From NCBI GenBank assembly GCA_049322915.1, contig JBMOPW010000014.1, forward strand, positions 669,527 through 733,526: DNA of 64,000 nucleotides. Direction: 5' to 3'. A program made the translations under genes and the position numbers. Positions 20,147 to 29,557 of this stretch are shown piece by piece. Under the pieces are notes generated by a model. It had not been told where the DNA came from, did not search any database, and worked only from the letters and a program-made list of their open reading frames with translations. How positions within the stretch are numbered: position 1 is the first letter of the stretch; every line of letters starts with the position of its first letter. This stretch comes from Candidatus Zhuqueibacterota bacterium (lineage in GTDB: Bacteria > Zhuqueibacterota > Zhuqueibacteria > Thermofontimicrobiales > Thermofontimicrobiaceae).

Positions 20147-21322
20147 ATGAAACGTATTACTTTACTCGGCTCGACCGGATCGATTGGCAGAAGTTGTCTT
20201 GATATTGTAAAAAACTATCCTGATGAATTTCGAATTGTAGCGCTTTCCACCCACCGACGGGTGGATTTGCTTTATGAGCAGTGTGTGTCATTCAAGCCGG
20301 ACATGGTTTGCATAACGGGCGACGATGTCCCGCTTGAAAGTTTTGAACGAATCAAACAGTTGGGAATTTCGGTTGTCGCCGGGAAAGAGGGATTGATTGA
20401 ACTGGCGTCGCTGCCAAATGTGGATATGCTGGTAAACGGGCTGGTTGGCGCCATCGGTCTCCTGCCCACGCTCACCGCGATCAACAGGAACGTCCATATT
20501 GCCCTGGCCAATAAAGAGACGCTGGTCATGGCCGGCGAAATTGTGACATCGCTGGCGCGCCAGAAGAATGTGCGCATTCTGCCGGTGGACAGCGAACACA
20601 GCGCCATTTTTCAATGCATCCGCGGGGAAAACGAATCGGATGTGTCGCGGCTTATCCTGACCGCTTCCGGTGGCCCGTTTCAAAGCTTGACGGCACGCGA
20701 GATGGAGCACGTCACTGTTGAACAGGCGCTCCAGCATCCCAACTGGTGTATGGGCAGTAAAATTACGATTGATTCGGCCACCATGATGAATAAAGGGCTG
20801 GAAGTGATTGAGGCTTACTGGCTTTTCCACATACCGCTCTCCCGAATTGAAGTCCTGATACACCCACAGTCGATTGTTCATTCTCTTGTCGAATTTGTCG
20901 ATGGTTCAGTGAAGGCGCAATTGGGGACGCCGGATATGCGCATTCCCATTCAATACGCGCTCACCTATCCGGAGCGCCGGCATCTTCAGTGCGAGCGAAT
21001 CTCGGTGAGCCAGCTTTCCGGACTCAGTTTTGAGCGACCGGACTTTCACAGATTTCCGGCATGCGCTCTGGCCTATGAATCGCTCGAAATGGGCGGCACA
21101 GCGCCAGCCGTACTGAACGCGGCCAATGAGATCGCTGTCAATTATTTCATTAACCGAAAGATAAAATTCACCCGGATTTCCCAATTGGTCGAGGACGCTG
21201 TCTATCACCATCGGCCGATTTCAGCGCCCAATCTGGATGATGTGCTGGCTGCGGATCTCTGGGCGCGCGAATTTGTAAAGGAACGGGTGGAAAAGAATGA
21301 GGTGCTGGTCGTCGCTTTTTGA
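20147..21322 (+). CDS. dxr: 1-deoxy-D-xylulose 5-phosphate reductoisomerase
   Basis: LGSTGSIG, LANKE, PVDSEHSA and KITIDSATMMNKGLEVIEA motifs. Confidence 0.97.
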   Translation: MKRITLLGSTGSIGRSCLDIVKNYPDEFRIVALSTHRRVDLLYEQCVSFKPDMVCITGDDVPLESFERIKQLGISVVAGKEGLIELASLPNVDMLVNGLVGAIGLLPTLTAINRNVHIALANKETLVMAGEIVTSLARQKNVRILPVDSEHSAIFQCIRGENESDVSRLILTASGGPFQSLTAREMEHVTVEQALQHPNWCMGSKITIDSATMMNKGLEVIEAYWLFHIPLSRIEVLIHPQSIVHSLVEFVDGSVKAQLGTPDMRIPIQYALTYPERRHLQCERISVSQLSGLSFERPDFHRFPACALAYESLEMGGTAPAVLNAANEIAVNYFINRKIKFTRISQLVEDAVYHHRPISAPNLDDVLAADLWAREFVKERVEKNEVLVVAF

Positions 21323-21526
21323 GCCATTGCGCCGGCAAGGAGGTCGGCATTGGGAATGAACTCAAATCCCTGCGCGTGGCGATTCGTTGATGTCGGGGTG
21401 CGTCGCAGGCAGGCAGCGAGCGAAGGGACGATTCAAAATTTCATTAAGCATATTTTCTGCGATTCAGGTTCGATCCGGCGGGAAAGGCTTGTTAAATCAC
21501 ATCATGATTAGATACGGAGTGAATCC

Positions 21527-22798
21527 ATGGAAGCTGTAATTAGATTGATTATTGGGTTGGGAATATTGGTATTTGTCCATGAATTGGGGCATTTTATATT
21601 GGCGAAGCTGGTGGGTATTCGCGTCGAGCGTTTCTCACTGGGCTTTCCGCCGCGGATGGTCGGCAAGCAAATCGGGGAGACCGATTACTGCATTTCATGG
21701 GTTCCGCTCGGCGGCTATGTGAAAATGGCCGGCATGATCGACGAAAGCATGGATGCGGATTCCATCAAGGGCGAGCCGTGGGAATTCATGTCCAAACCGA
21801 TCTACCAGCGGTTTCTGGTGATTTTCGCCGGTCCGGCCATGAATATCCTTCTGGCTATTCTGATCTTCGGTTTGATCACCTACTTCACCGGCCTGAGAGA
21901 ATCGGTCGGCGTTTCAGTGGGTGAAATGAATCCCCGCATCGCAGCCGCCACCACCATGCAGCCGGGAGACATGATTCTTGGCATCAATGGCCAGACCGTG
22001 AAAACCTGGTCCGAAGTGTCCTCTCTGACCGACATGTCCGAGCCAATTAACGTGACATTCGAGCGCCACAAACAAGAATTGTCGGCAACATTTCATGCGT
22101 CGCTGCTGGATAGCATGGAACAAACCCTGCCCCCTGTGGTGGGTTCGCTGCAGGAAGATTTCCCGGCCGTAAAAGCCGGGATGCAGATCGGCGATAGAAT
22201 CGTCGCCATTGACAGCGACACCGTGAAAACCTGGTCCGATATGACCGACCTGATTCACAGCAAGCCCGAGCAGACGCTGCACATCACCTGGGAGCGGGAC
22301 GGCCAACTTATGGCTGCCGACATGACCACGTTAAAACAGACGGCCCAGGGAAAGATCATCGGCTTGATCGGCGTGGCGTTCCCGACAAAAGAGATTGATA
22401 TCAGCCTGGCCTACGCCCTGGGTCACGGCGCCCGTTATTCATGGCAGATCACTAAACTTATCGGATATTCCATTCAGATGATCATCACCGGCGAGCAGAA
22501 ATTTAAGGAAGCCTTTGCCGGCCCAATTATGATCGCCAAGCTTGCTAAAGACAGCGCCCGCGAGGGGGAATCCAACTTCATCGCCTTCATCGCGTTTCTG
22601 AGTTTGAACCTCGGCCTGTTGAATTTGCTGCCCATCCCGGTGCTGGATGGCGGCCACATTGTTTTCCTCGCCATCGAAGCCATTATCCGAAGACCGATTT
22701 CTCCCAAGGCAAAAATGGTCATTCAGCAGGTGGGCATGGCGCTCTTGTTAGCGTTCATGTTATTTGTCATTGTCAATGATATCAGGAGGATATTGTAA
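21527..22798 (+). CDS. rseP: RIP metalloprotease RseP
   Basis: HELGH, PLGGYVKM, two PDZ-like segments, NLLPIPVLDGGH. Confidence 0.95.
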   Translation: MEAVIRLIIGLGILVFVHELGHFILAKLVGIRVERFSLGFPPRMVGKQIGETDYCISWVPLGGYVKMAGMIDESMDADSIKGEPWEFMSKPIYQRFLVIFAGPAMNILLAILIFGLITYFTGLRESVGVSVGEMNPRIAAATTMQPGDMILGINGQTVKTWSEVSSLTDMSEPINVTFERHKQELSATFHASLLDSMEQTLPPVVGSLQEDFPAVKAGMQIGDRIVAIDSDTVKTWSDMTDLIHSKPEQTLHITWERDGQLMAADMTTLKQTAQGKIIGLIGVAFPTKEIDISLAYALGHGARYSWQITKLIGYSIQMIITGEQKFKEAFAGPIMIAKLAKDSAREGESNFIAFIAFLSLNLGLLNLLPIPVLDGGHIVFLAIEAIIRRPISPKAKMVIQQVGMALLLAFMLFVIVNDIRRIL

Positions 22799-23148
22799 TC
22801 AGGCGCTCAGCCAATGAGCGCAGGCGACGCCGATTCGTGATATGGCGATTGGGCGAAAAGCTCCATCGTCCAGGGTGGTTGCAGCGCGCCTGTTCTATTC
22901 AGGAATGGTCATCCGTGAACCGGACGCTGACTTCAAAAGCGATAGTTTCTTAAGACAGGCGAATTGAAGCCATGTCGGAAATTTTTCCGGAGTGGAGAAT
23001 TCGCTTGACAATGAGATTTATTTTTACTATTTTTTTTAAAATTTAAAGCTGAGATTTCTAACTTCAGCCTTATTAAAAATTAAGAAACGATAAAACCACC
23101 TAATATTATTTTACTGAATGGGAGTTTTAAATTGGAAGGGGTAAGCGT

Positions 23149-24321
23149 ATGATGAATTTAGCTGAGAGAATGTCGCGCCTGGGTACCGAAACAGCCTTTG
23201 AAGTGCTGGCTAAAGCCAAAGCGCTGGAAGCCAAAGGCAAGGAGGTTGTTCACCTGGAAATTGGTGAGCCTGATTTTGATACCCCCAGAAACATCATTGA
23301 TGCAGCCATCAAGGCATTGAACGAAGGAAAGACCCACTATTGTCCAGCCGCAGGCATCCCTGAATTGCGGAATGCATTGGCAGCCGATATGAGCAAACTC
23401 AGAAATATTTCGATTTCACCCGATGAAATTGTGGTGACCCCTGGCGCAAAGCCCATCCTGTTTTTCACCATCCTGGCCCTCGTCAATGAAGGTGAGGAAG
23501 TGATGTACCCCAATCCGGGATTCCCCATCTACGAATCCGTCATCGACTTTATTGGCGCTAAATCGGTGCCCTATCCGCTGCGGGAAGAGCGCGAATTCAG
23601 TTTCGATATAGATGAATTTTTATCCCTGATTTCAGATAAAACCCGGCTGATCATTTTGAACACGCCCCAAAATCCCACGGGCGGAATTCTGACTCTGGAT
23701 GACCTCAAAGCCGTGGCCAAAGTGGCTCAGGAAAAAAATATTTACATCCTGTCCGATGAAGTGTATTTGAATATTATTTACGAGGGGAAGCATCACAGCA
23801 TCGCTTCGCTGCCGGGTATGAAAGAACGAACCGTCATTCTCGATGGCTTCTCGAAAACCTATGCCATGACCGGCTGGCGAATGGGGTACGGCGCTATGCC
23901 GACCCATCTGGCCAGCAAAGTGACTCAGTTGCAAATCAATAGCAATTCCTGCACCAGCACCTTCTCGCAATATGCGGCTGTGGAAGCGATCCTGGGGCCG
24001 CAGAATGAGGTCCACAAAATGGTGGCTGAATTTAAAAAACGACGCGATGTGATTGTGGATGGTCTGAATGCAATTGACGGGGTTTCCTGCCTGAAGCCGC
24101 ACGGCGCGTTTTACGTTTTCCCCAATATCAAACAGTTGGGCATGGATGGCAAGAAATTTTCTGAATTGCTGCTGGAAAAATACGGCGTGGCCGCTCTCTC
24201 CGGCACCGCATTTGGCAAATATGGCGCTGGTTATTTGAGATTTTCGTATGCGAATTCTGTGGAAAATATTAAAAAGGCATTGGAACGAATTGAACAGGCT
24301 ATGACTGATTTGAAAAAGTAA
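23149..24321 (+). CDS. PLP-dependent class I/II aminotransferase (aspartate aminotransferase-like)
   Basis: GEPDFDTP, NPTG, SDEVY and FSKTYAMTGWRMG motifs. Confidence 0.92.
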   Translation: MMNLAERMSRLGTETAFEVLAKAKALEAKGKEVVHLEIGEPDFDTPRNIIDAAIKALNEGKTHYCPAAGIPELRNALAADMSKLRNISISPDEIVVTPGAKPILFFTILALVNEGEEVMYPNPGFPIYESVIDFIGAKSVPYPLREEREFSFDIDEFLSLISDKTRLIILNTPQNPTGGILTLDDLKAVAKVAQEKNIYILSDEVYLNIIYEGKHHSIASLPGMKERTVILDGFSKTYAMTGWRMGYGAMPTHLASKVTQLQINSNSCTSTFSQYAAVEAILGPQNEVHKMVAEFKKRRDVIVDGLNAIDGVSCLKPHGAFYVFPNIKQLGMDGKKFSELLLEKYGVAALSGTAFGKYGAGYLRFSYANSVENIKKALERIEQAMTDLKK

Positions 24322-24347
24322 TCTGGACTGAAGAAAGGAAGCATACT

Positions 24348-25436
24348 TTGGAAATAAAGAAGACTGCGTTGTACGAGACGCATGTGAAACTTGGAGCGAA
24401 GATCGTCGAGTTTGCCGGCTTTTACATGCCCATTCAATACAAAGGGATAAATGAAGAGCATATCAGAATTCGCACCAGCGTTGGACTGTTCGATGTGTCG
24501 CACATGGGTGAGTTCGAAGTTACAGGTCCTGCGGCCGAGGACTTTCTGCAGTACATGACTTTAAACGATGTCAAAACGCTGAACACGTACCAGGCGCAAT
24601 ACTCCGCCATGTGCTACGAGGATGGCGGCATTGTGGATGATCTGTTGGTGTATCGGCTACCCGATCGGTTTTTGATTGTTGTCAATGCGGCCAATTTGCA
24701 GAAAGATTTTGACTGGCTGCAAAATCACCTCAGAAAGGGTGTGACGCTGAAAGACCGCAGCGATGAATTTACATTAATCGCCGTGCAGGGGAGAAGAGCA
24801 ATCGATACCCTGCAAAAATTGACCGATGTGAAATTGGCTCAGATAAATACCTACTGGTTCGGTGAGGGGAAGCTGGCCGATGTTCCGATGATCATCGCAC
24901 GGACTGGCTACACCGGCGAAGACGGCTTTGAACTGATGCTGCCTCCGGACAAGTCTGTACACGTCTGGGACGCTCTGATGGATGCCGGCCGCGAGTTCGA
25001 CGTGGAGCCCATTGGGCTCGGCGCCAGAGATACCCTGCGCATGGAAGTGAAGTACTGCCTGTACGGGAACGATATCGATCAGACAACCAATCCACTGGAA
25101 GCCGGGCTGGGATGGATCACTAAAATCGATAAAGGTGATTTCATCGGCCGAAACGCCATCGTCGCCGTGAAAGAAGCAGGACTGAAGCGAAAATTAATCG
25201 GATTTGAACTGGAAGGAAAAGCGATTCCGCGGCATGGGTATCCCATTGCCAAAAACGAGAAAACGATCGGCGTGGTCACCAGCGGAATGTTCTCTCCGAT
25301 ATTGAAACAGCCGATTGGTTTGGGCTATGTTGAAGCAGGCTCCTCCAAAGTTGGCGATCAATTTGATGTGGATATTCGCGGACGAAAGATCCCTGCCCGC
25401 GTCGTGAAAACTCCATTCTATAAAAGGGACTATTAG
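24348..25436 (+). CDS. gcvT: Glycine cleavage system aminomethyltransferase T
   Basis: GLFDVSHMGE, RTGYTGEDGFE and GLGARDTLRME motifs. Confidence 0.96.
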   Translation: MEIKKTALYETHVKLGAKIVEFAGFYMPIQYKGINEEHIRIRTSVGLFDVSHMGEFEVTGPAAEDFLQYMTLNDVKTLNTYQAQYSAMCYEDGGIVDDLLVYRLPDRFLIVVNAANLQKDFDWLQNHLRKGVTLKDRSDEFTLIAVQGRRAIDTLQKLTDVKLAQINTYWFGEGKLADVPMIIARTGYTGEDGFELMLPPDKSVHVWDALMDAGREFDVEPIGLGARDTLRMEVKYCLYGNDIDQTTNPLEAGLGWITKIDKGDFIGRNAIVAVKEAGLKRKLIGFELEGKAIPRHGYPIAKNEKTIGVVTSGMFSPILKQPIGLGYVEAGSSKVGDQFDVDIRGRKIPARVVKTPFYKRDY

Positions 25437-25613
25437 AAGCACGGCTGCCGGATTCGGCTCTGGAATCTCATATCGCGAATGTCGCTGGGACGGTAATAAT
25501 CGGTAGCGTAATTCGCGATTTTTATAAAAGAGCCATCGTGGGGATGGTTGCTGAGCAGGATAAAATGACTTAAGTGTGTCTTTCGTTTTGTGACTTAAGC
25601 ACAGGATTCAGGG

Positions 25614-27938
25614 ATGGACAATAAGAAAAAATTTAAAGCCGTTGGTCTGCTGTTGATTTCCCTGGGAATTTTTATCTTCCTGAGTTTGTACTATTTTGAC
25701 CCGACCGATGTCGAAGATGTGAGCGTGAATAACGTGAAGCATGCCATGGGCTTCATCGGTTTCAAGGTTTCGGCTTTTCTTTTTCGGCAGACGATTGGCT
25801 GGGCCAGCTACATTTTTCCCATCCTGATTATTCTCTGGGGAATCAATCAACTCCTGAAAACGAAATTAAAATGGCTCAGAAAAGTCTCTTTATACACGAT
25901 GCTGTTCGGTTTGTACGTATCAGTGGGCTGGGCGCTGATTGAGTTGATAAAAATTTCCGCATCCGGGACGCCGAACGAGATCAATATGACCCATGAAAAC
26001 TGGGGCAAGATTGGCGCCCTGATCGGCGATGCTTTTTATGGCCTGTTTGGGACCATCGGATCTGTGGTTATTTTCCCAACTATCTTCGTCGTGACCGTGC
26101 TGTTAGCCGTTGATATCAAATTCGATAAGCTCTTTCAAAAACTGGACAGGGAATTCAAGAAGGCGCTGGCCCATCTGTTTTTGAAATACGACCCACGTAT
26201 GTTCAAGCCCACGCGGCCGACCCCCACGCTGAATGAAATATTTGGGAGAAAGTCCGGGGAAAAGGAGAGTTCCCCTGAATCCGCGGACGTCCCGTTTCAG
26301 GATAGCGAGGAAGTGGACATGGAAGAGCCGCCCGGGGATTTCGTTCGTCCCGGCGTCGAGAAGCCGGTCGCTGATGTCGAGAGGGAAAGCCGCCGGCCCG
26401 AAAGGCCTGTCCCGGGGACTGAGCCTGCTCCAGCGACGAGAACAACCCGAAAGTATTATTATCCGTCTGTCCAGCTCTTGGATGAACCGCCGGTTGAGGC
26501 CGAAGATGAAGTGACCTGGGATGAGCTCATGAGCAGCGCGAAAATCCTCGAGGAAAAGCTGCTCGATTTTGGAATCCAGGGTAAAGTGGTGGAAATCAAC
26601 CCGGGTCCGGTCATCACCCGATTCGAGATTGAACCAGCTCCCGGCGTAAAAATCAGTCGTTTCACCAGTCTGGCGGATGATCTGGCGCTGGTCATGCGCG
26701 CGAAACGGATCCGCGTGGTGGCGCCCATCCCGGGAAAGGCTGCTGTCGGCATTGAAATCCCGAACCGAAAACCATCCATTGTTTTTCTGCGCAGCGTGCT
26801 GGATTCTTCCAAATTCAAATCGGCAAATTCCCCGCTGACCATGGCCCTGGGCAAGACCATTGCCGGAGATATTTTTATCGATGATTTGGCGCGAATGCCG
26901 CATCTGCTCATTGCCGGCGCGACCGGGGCAGGAAAAAGCGTCTGCCTGAACACCATCATCGCCAGCATTCTGTACAAGTCGCTGCCGTCGCAGGTGCAAT
27001 TCGTCATGATCGATCCGAAACGGCTGGAACTGAGCGGCTATGCGGCGCTGAAACATCATCATCTCACCTATCGGGATGACCTGCAGGAGGAGGTGATCAC
27101 CAATCCATCCAATGCAGTGGCGATTCTCCGCAGTCTGGAGATGGAAATGGAGCGGCGGTACGAGCTCCTGGCGCGTGCCGGCGTTCGCAACATTGAGGAT
27201 TATAATCAGTGGATAAAAAATATGCCGCCTTCGCAGCAGGAAGAAAATCAGAGCCATCGACACCTGGAATATATTGTGCTGATCATCGACGAGTTGGCCG
27301 ACCTGATGGTGACTGCTGCGCGGGAAGTGGAAGAACCCATTGCGCGGCTCACTCAAATGTCCCGGGCCGTGGGCATTCACTTGATTGTTGCCACCCAGCG
27401 GCCATCTGTCGACGTCATTACCGGCGTGATTAAGGCCAATTTCCCGGCGCGCATCGCGTTTCAGGTCGCTTCGAAAACAGACTCCCGCACCATTCTGGAT
27501 ATGAACGGAGCGGAGAAATTGTTAGGCCGCGGGGACATGCTGTTCATACCGCCGGGAAGCCCGGAGCCGATTCGCATTCACTCTCCGTTCATTTCTCACG
27601 AAGAAGTGAAACGGATTATCGAACATATCCGTCAGCAACCTGCTCAGGATCCAAAGACCAAACTGCCCACTGAAAATGATGATATGGTCTCCAATACCGC
27701 CAGAAAATTGCGCAACAGCGACCGGGACGAGTTGTTCAATGAGGCGTTGAAACTGGTCGTCAGGCACCAGCAGGGATCGGTCTCGCTACTGCAACGCCGC
27801 CTGAAAATTGGTTATGCCCGCGCAGCCCGGCTCATCGATCAACTGGAAGACGCCGGTTATGTGGGCCCGTTTGATGGGAGCAAGGCGCGCGAGGTCCTGG
27901 TTGATGAAGAACAGCTCATTGAATTGGGACTTATTTAA
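25614..27938 (+). CDS. ftsK: DNA translocase FtsK
   Basis: N-terminal TMs, PHLLIAGATGAGKS, IDELADLM, ATQRPSVDVITG and gamma domain LLQRRLKIGYARAARL. Confidence 0.96.
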   Translation: MDNKKKFKAVGLLLISLGIFIFLSLYYFDPTDVEDVSVNNVKHAMGFIGFKVSAFLFRQTIGWASYIFPILIILWGINQLLKTKLKWLRKVSLYTMLFGLYVSVGWALIELIKISASGTPNEINMTHENWGKIGALIGDAFYGLFGTIGSVVIFPTIFVVTVLLAVDIKFDKLFQKLDREFKKALAHLFLKYDPRMFKPTRPTPTLNEIFGRKSGEKESSPESADVPFQDSEEVDMEEPPGDFVRPGVEKPVADVERESRRPERPVPGTEPAPATRTTRKYYYPSVQLLDEPPVEAEDEVTWDELMSSAKILEEKLLDFGIQGKVVEINPGPVITRFEIEPAPGVKISRFTSLADDLALVMRAKRIRVVAPIPGKAAVGIEIPNRKPSIVFLRSVLDSSKFKSANSPLTMALGKTIAGDIFIDDLARMPHLLIAGATGAGKSVCLNTIIASILYKSLPSQVQFVMIDPKRLELSGYAALKHHHLTYRDDLQEEVITNPSNAVAILRSLEMEMERRYELLARAGVRNIEDYNQWIKNMPPSQQEENQSHRHLEYIVLIIDELADLMVTAAREVEEPIARLTQMSRAVGIHLIVATQRPSVDVITGVIKANFPARIAFQVASKTDSRTILDMNGAEKLLGRGDMLFIPPGSPEPIRIHSPFISHEEVKRIIEHIRQQPAQDPKTKLPTENDDMVSNTARKLRNSDRDELFNEALKLVVRHQQGSVSLLQRRLKIGYARAARLIDQLEDAGYVGPFDGSKAREVLVDEEQLIELGLI

Positions 27939-28041
27939 TTTTATACCAATAATTCTAAAATAGATACGTTAAGTACCACTCTTCAAATATTGAAATTTGG
28001 TCGTTGGTATTTATCACTACATAGTCAGATTACCCTTCGCC

Positions 28042-28184
28042 TGTCATTTCCGCTGGAATTCCTTCGATCTCCTGCGCGTTTTTTGCAGGAATCTCATTCT
28101 TAATCGTAAGGAGATTCCCGCTAAAAGCAAAGTCTGCCTTCATCTAAAAATAAAATGCAACTTTGCAGGCATGCGGGAATGACA
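28042..28184. repeat. REP/MITE-like element with TGTCATT(T/C)CCGC...GCGGGAATGACA ends
   Basis: Terminal inverted repeat with internal hairpins. Related motifs at 42486-42558 and 44132-44159. Confidence 0.65.
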
Positions 28185-28314
28185 AAAACGGAGGTGATGA
28201 TGCTTCGTATTTCGGGACGTTTTTTAATTTGACTATGTAGAATTATTTGTGATTTAAAAATTCTGGTTATGAGCATATCAAATTTCACCTGTAAAAAAGA
28301 ATTTGAGGTTTCCA

Positions 28315-28974
28315 ATGAATAAATTAAAAGAGATAGCGACGTACATCCTACTCGCGACAATGCTGCTGTTGCAGGGTGCGGAAGCACTTTGCGCTGGCGA
28401 TAAAAAAGCAGAAGACATTATTGATCAGGCAAAGAAGAAGTACGATGAGTTGAAATCGCTCAAAGCAAGTTTCACCCAGGAATTTCAATGGAAACTGGCT
28501 GAAAATATTCATCAACAGCAGGGGACCATCTGGCTCAAGGGGAAAGATAAATTTAAAATCGAAACGCAGGATCAAGTCGTTGTTTCCGATGGCGTGAATG
28601 TCTGGACGTATTCGGCGGCTAACAAGCAGGTCATCATCGATCTCGTGGACAAGAGCGCCGATATCACATTGCCAAAGGATTTGCTCCTGAGTTATTCGAA
28701 GCGCTACATCCCGAAATATCTTTCCATTGAAAAGATCGGCGCTATCGATTGCCACGTCATTGAACTGACGTCGGATATGGAAGATATATTCATCACCTAT
28801 ATGAAAATATGGATCAACAGCGATACATTGATCCCGGCGAAGATTCAGCAGACAGATCTGAACGAAAATATAAATACGTATATTCTCTCCGGCATTGAAA
28901 TTGATACGCCAATGCCTGACGATCTTTTTCACTATAAATCTCAAAGTGATGTTGAAGTCATCGATATGCGGTGA
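28315..28974 (+). CDS. lolA: Outer-membrane lipoprotein carrier LolA
   Basis: Signal peptide, LKASFTQ, VVSDGVNVWTY, QVII motifs. Follows ftsK. Confidence 0.85.
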   Translation: MNKLKEIATYILLATMLLLQGAEALCAGDKKAEDIIDQAKKKYDELKSLKASFTQEFQWKLAENIHQQQGTIWLKGKDKFKIETQDQVVVSDGVNVWTYSAANKQVIIDLVDKSADITLPKDLLLSYSKRYIPKYLSIEKIGAIDCHVIELTSDMEDIFITYMKIWINSDTLIPAKIQQTDLNENINTYILSGIEIDTPMPDDLFHYKSQSDVEVIDMR

Positions 28975-29099
28975 GCCTGCTGACAATCCCTGTTAGTCTG
29001 ATTTAAGCATGGTAAATTACTCTCTTTTTCAACGTGTTATACCATTTTAACTTTTATGTGGCATCGATAGGTGGCTGTTCCGTATCAACGCTGAGTATC

Positions 29100-29235
29100 T
29101 GCCACGAAGACACGAAGCCGCTAAGAGAGTAAAATACAAACAACGTGTACCGAATAATTCCTTTTATTGAATTCCTTTTCAGTCAAGAATTGCAAAATGC
29201 TCGGGCTATCTTGGTGTCTTGGCGCCTTTAAGGCA
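29100..29235. repeat. Degenerate 8-nt-periodic inverted repeat (CCACGAAGACACGAAG...CTTGGTGTCTTGG)
   Basis: Two arms of ACACGAAG-like units in opposite orientation. Confidence 0.45.
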
Positions 29236-29467
29236 ACGAGGATTTCCGGATGCAAAATCCATCGGTATGCCACTCAAAGGTTAACATGCTATTACATCCG
29301 TTTTATGCGTCGCTATACAGGCATGTAGTCTTGCCGAATCCGCAAAAAGAAAATTCGTTCTCCGACTCGACATACCGTCTCTCTCCCTTGTATTTCCACA
29401 GTGATTATCTCTTCGCACCCTCTGCCGGTGAATGACTATTAAGATTTCTTAAGAAATGGGAATTAGC

Positions 29468-29496
29468 TTGACTAAAGAGAAAAAGATTAGTATTAT
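29468..29496 (+). promoter_or_regulatory. Sigma70-type promoter of wzc
   Basis: TTGACT-17 bp-TATTAT. Confidence 0.65.
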
Positions 29497-29557
29497 TGTA
29501 TGCTTTTTTTGAAAGATATAAGAATTCTTTTGCCGAACAACGACAAGGAGAAGTTTC

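Noticed and set aside
26103..27380. 425-aa minus-strand ORF
   Set aside because: Antisense shadow of ftsK. The same applies to the other minus-strand ORFs overlapping housekeeping genes, such as 28348-28986.
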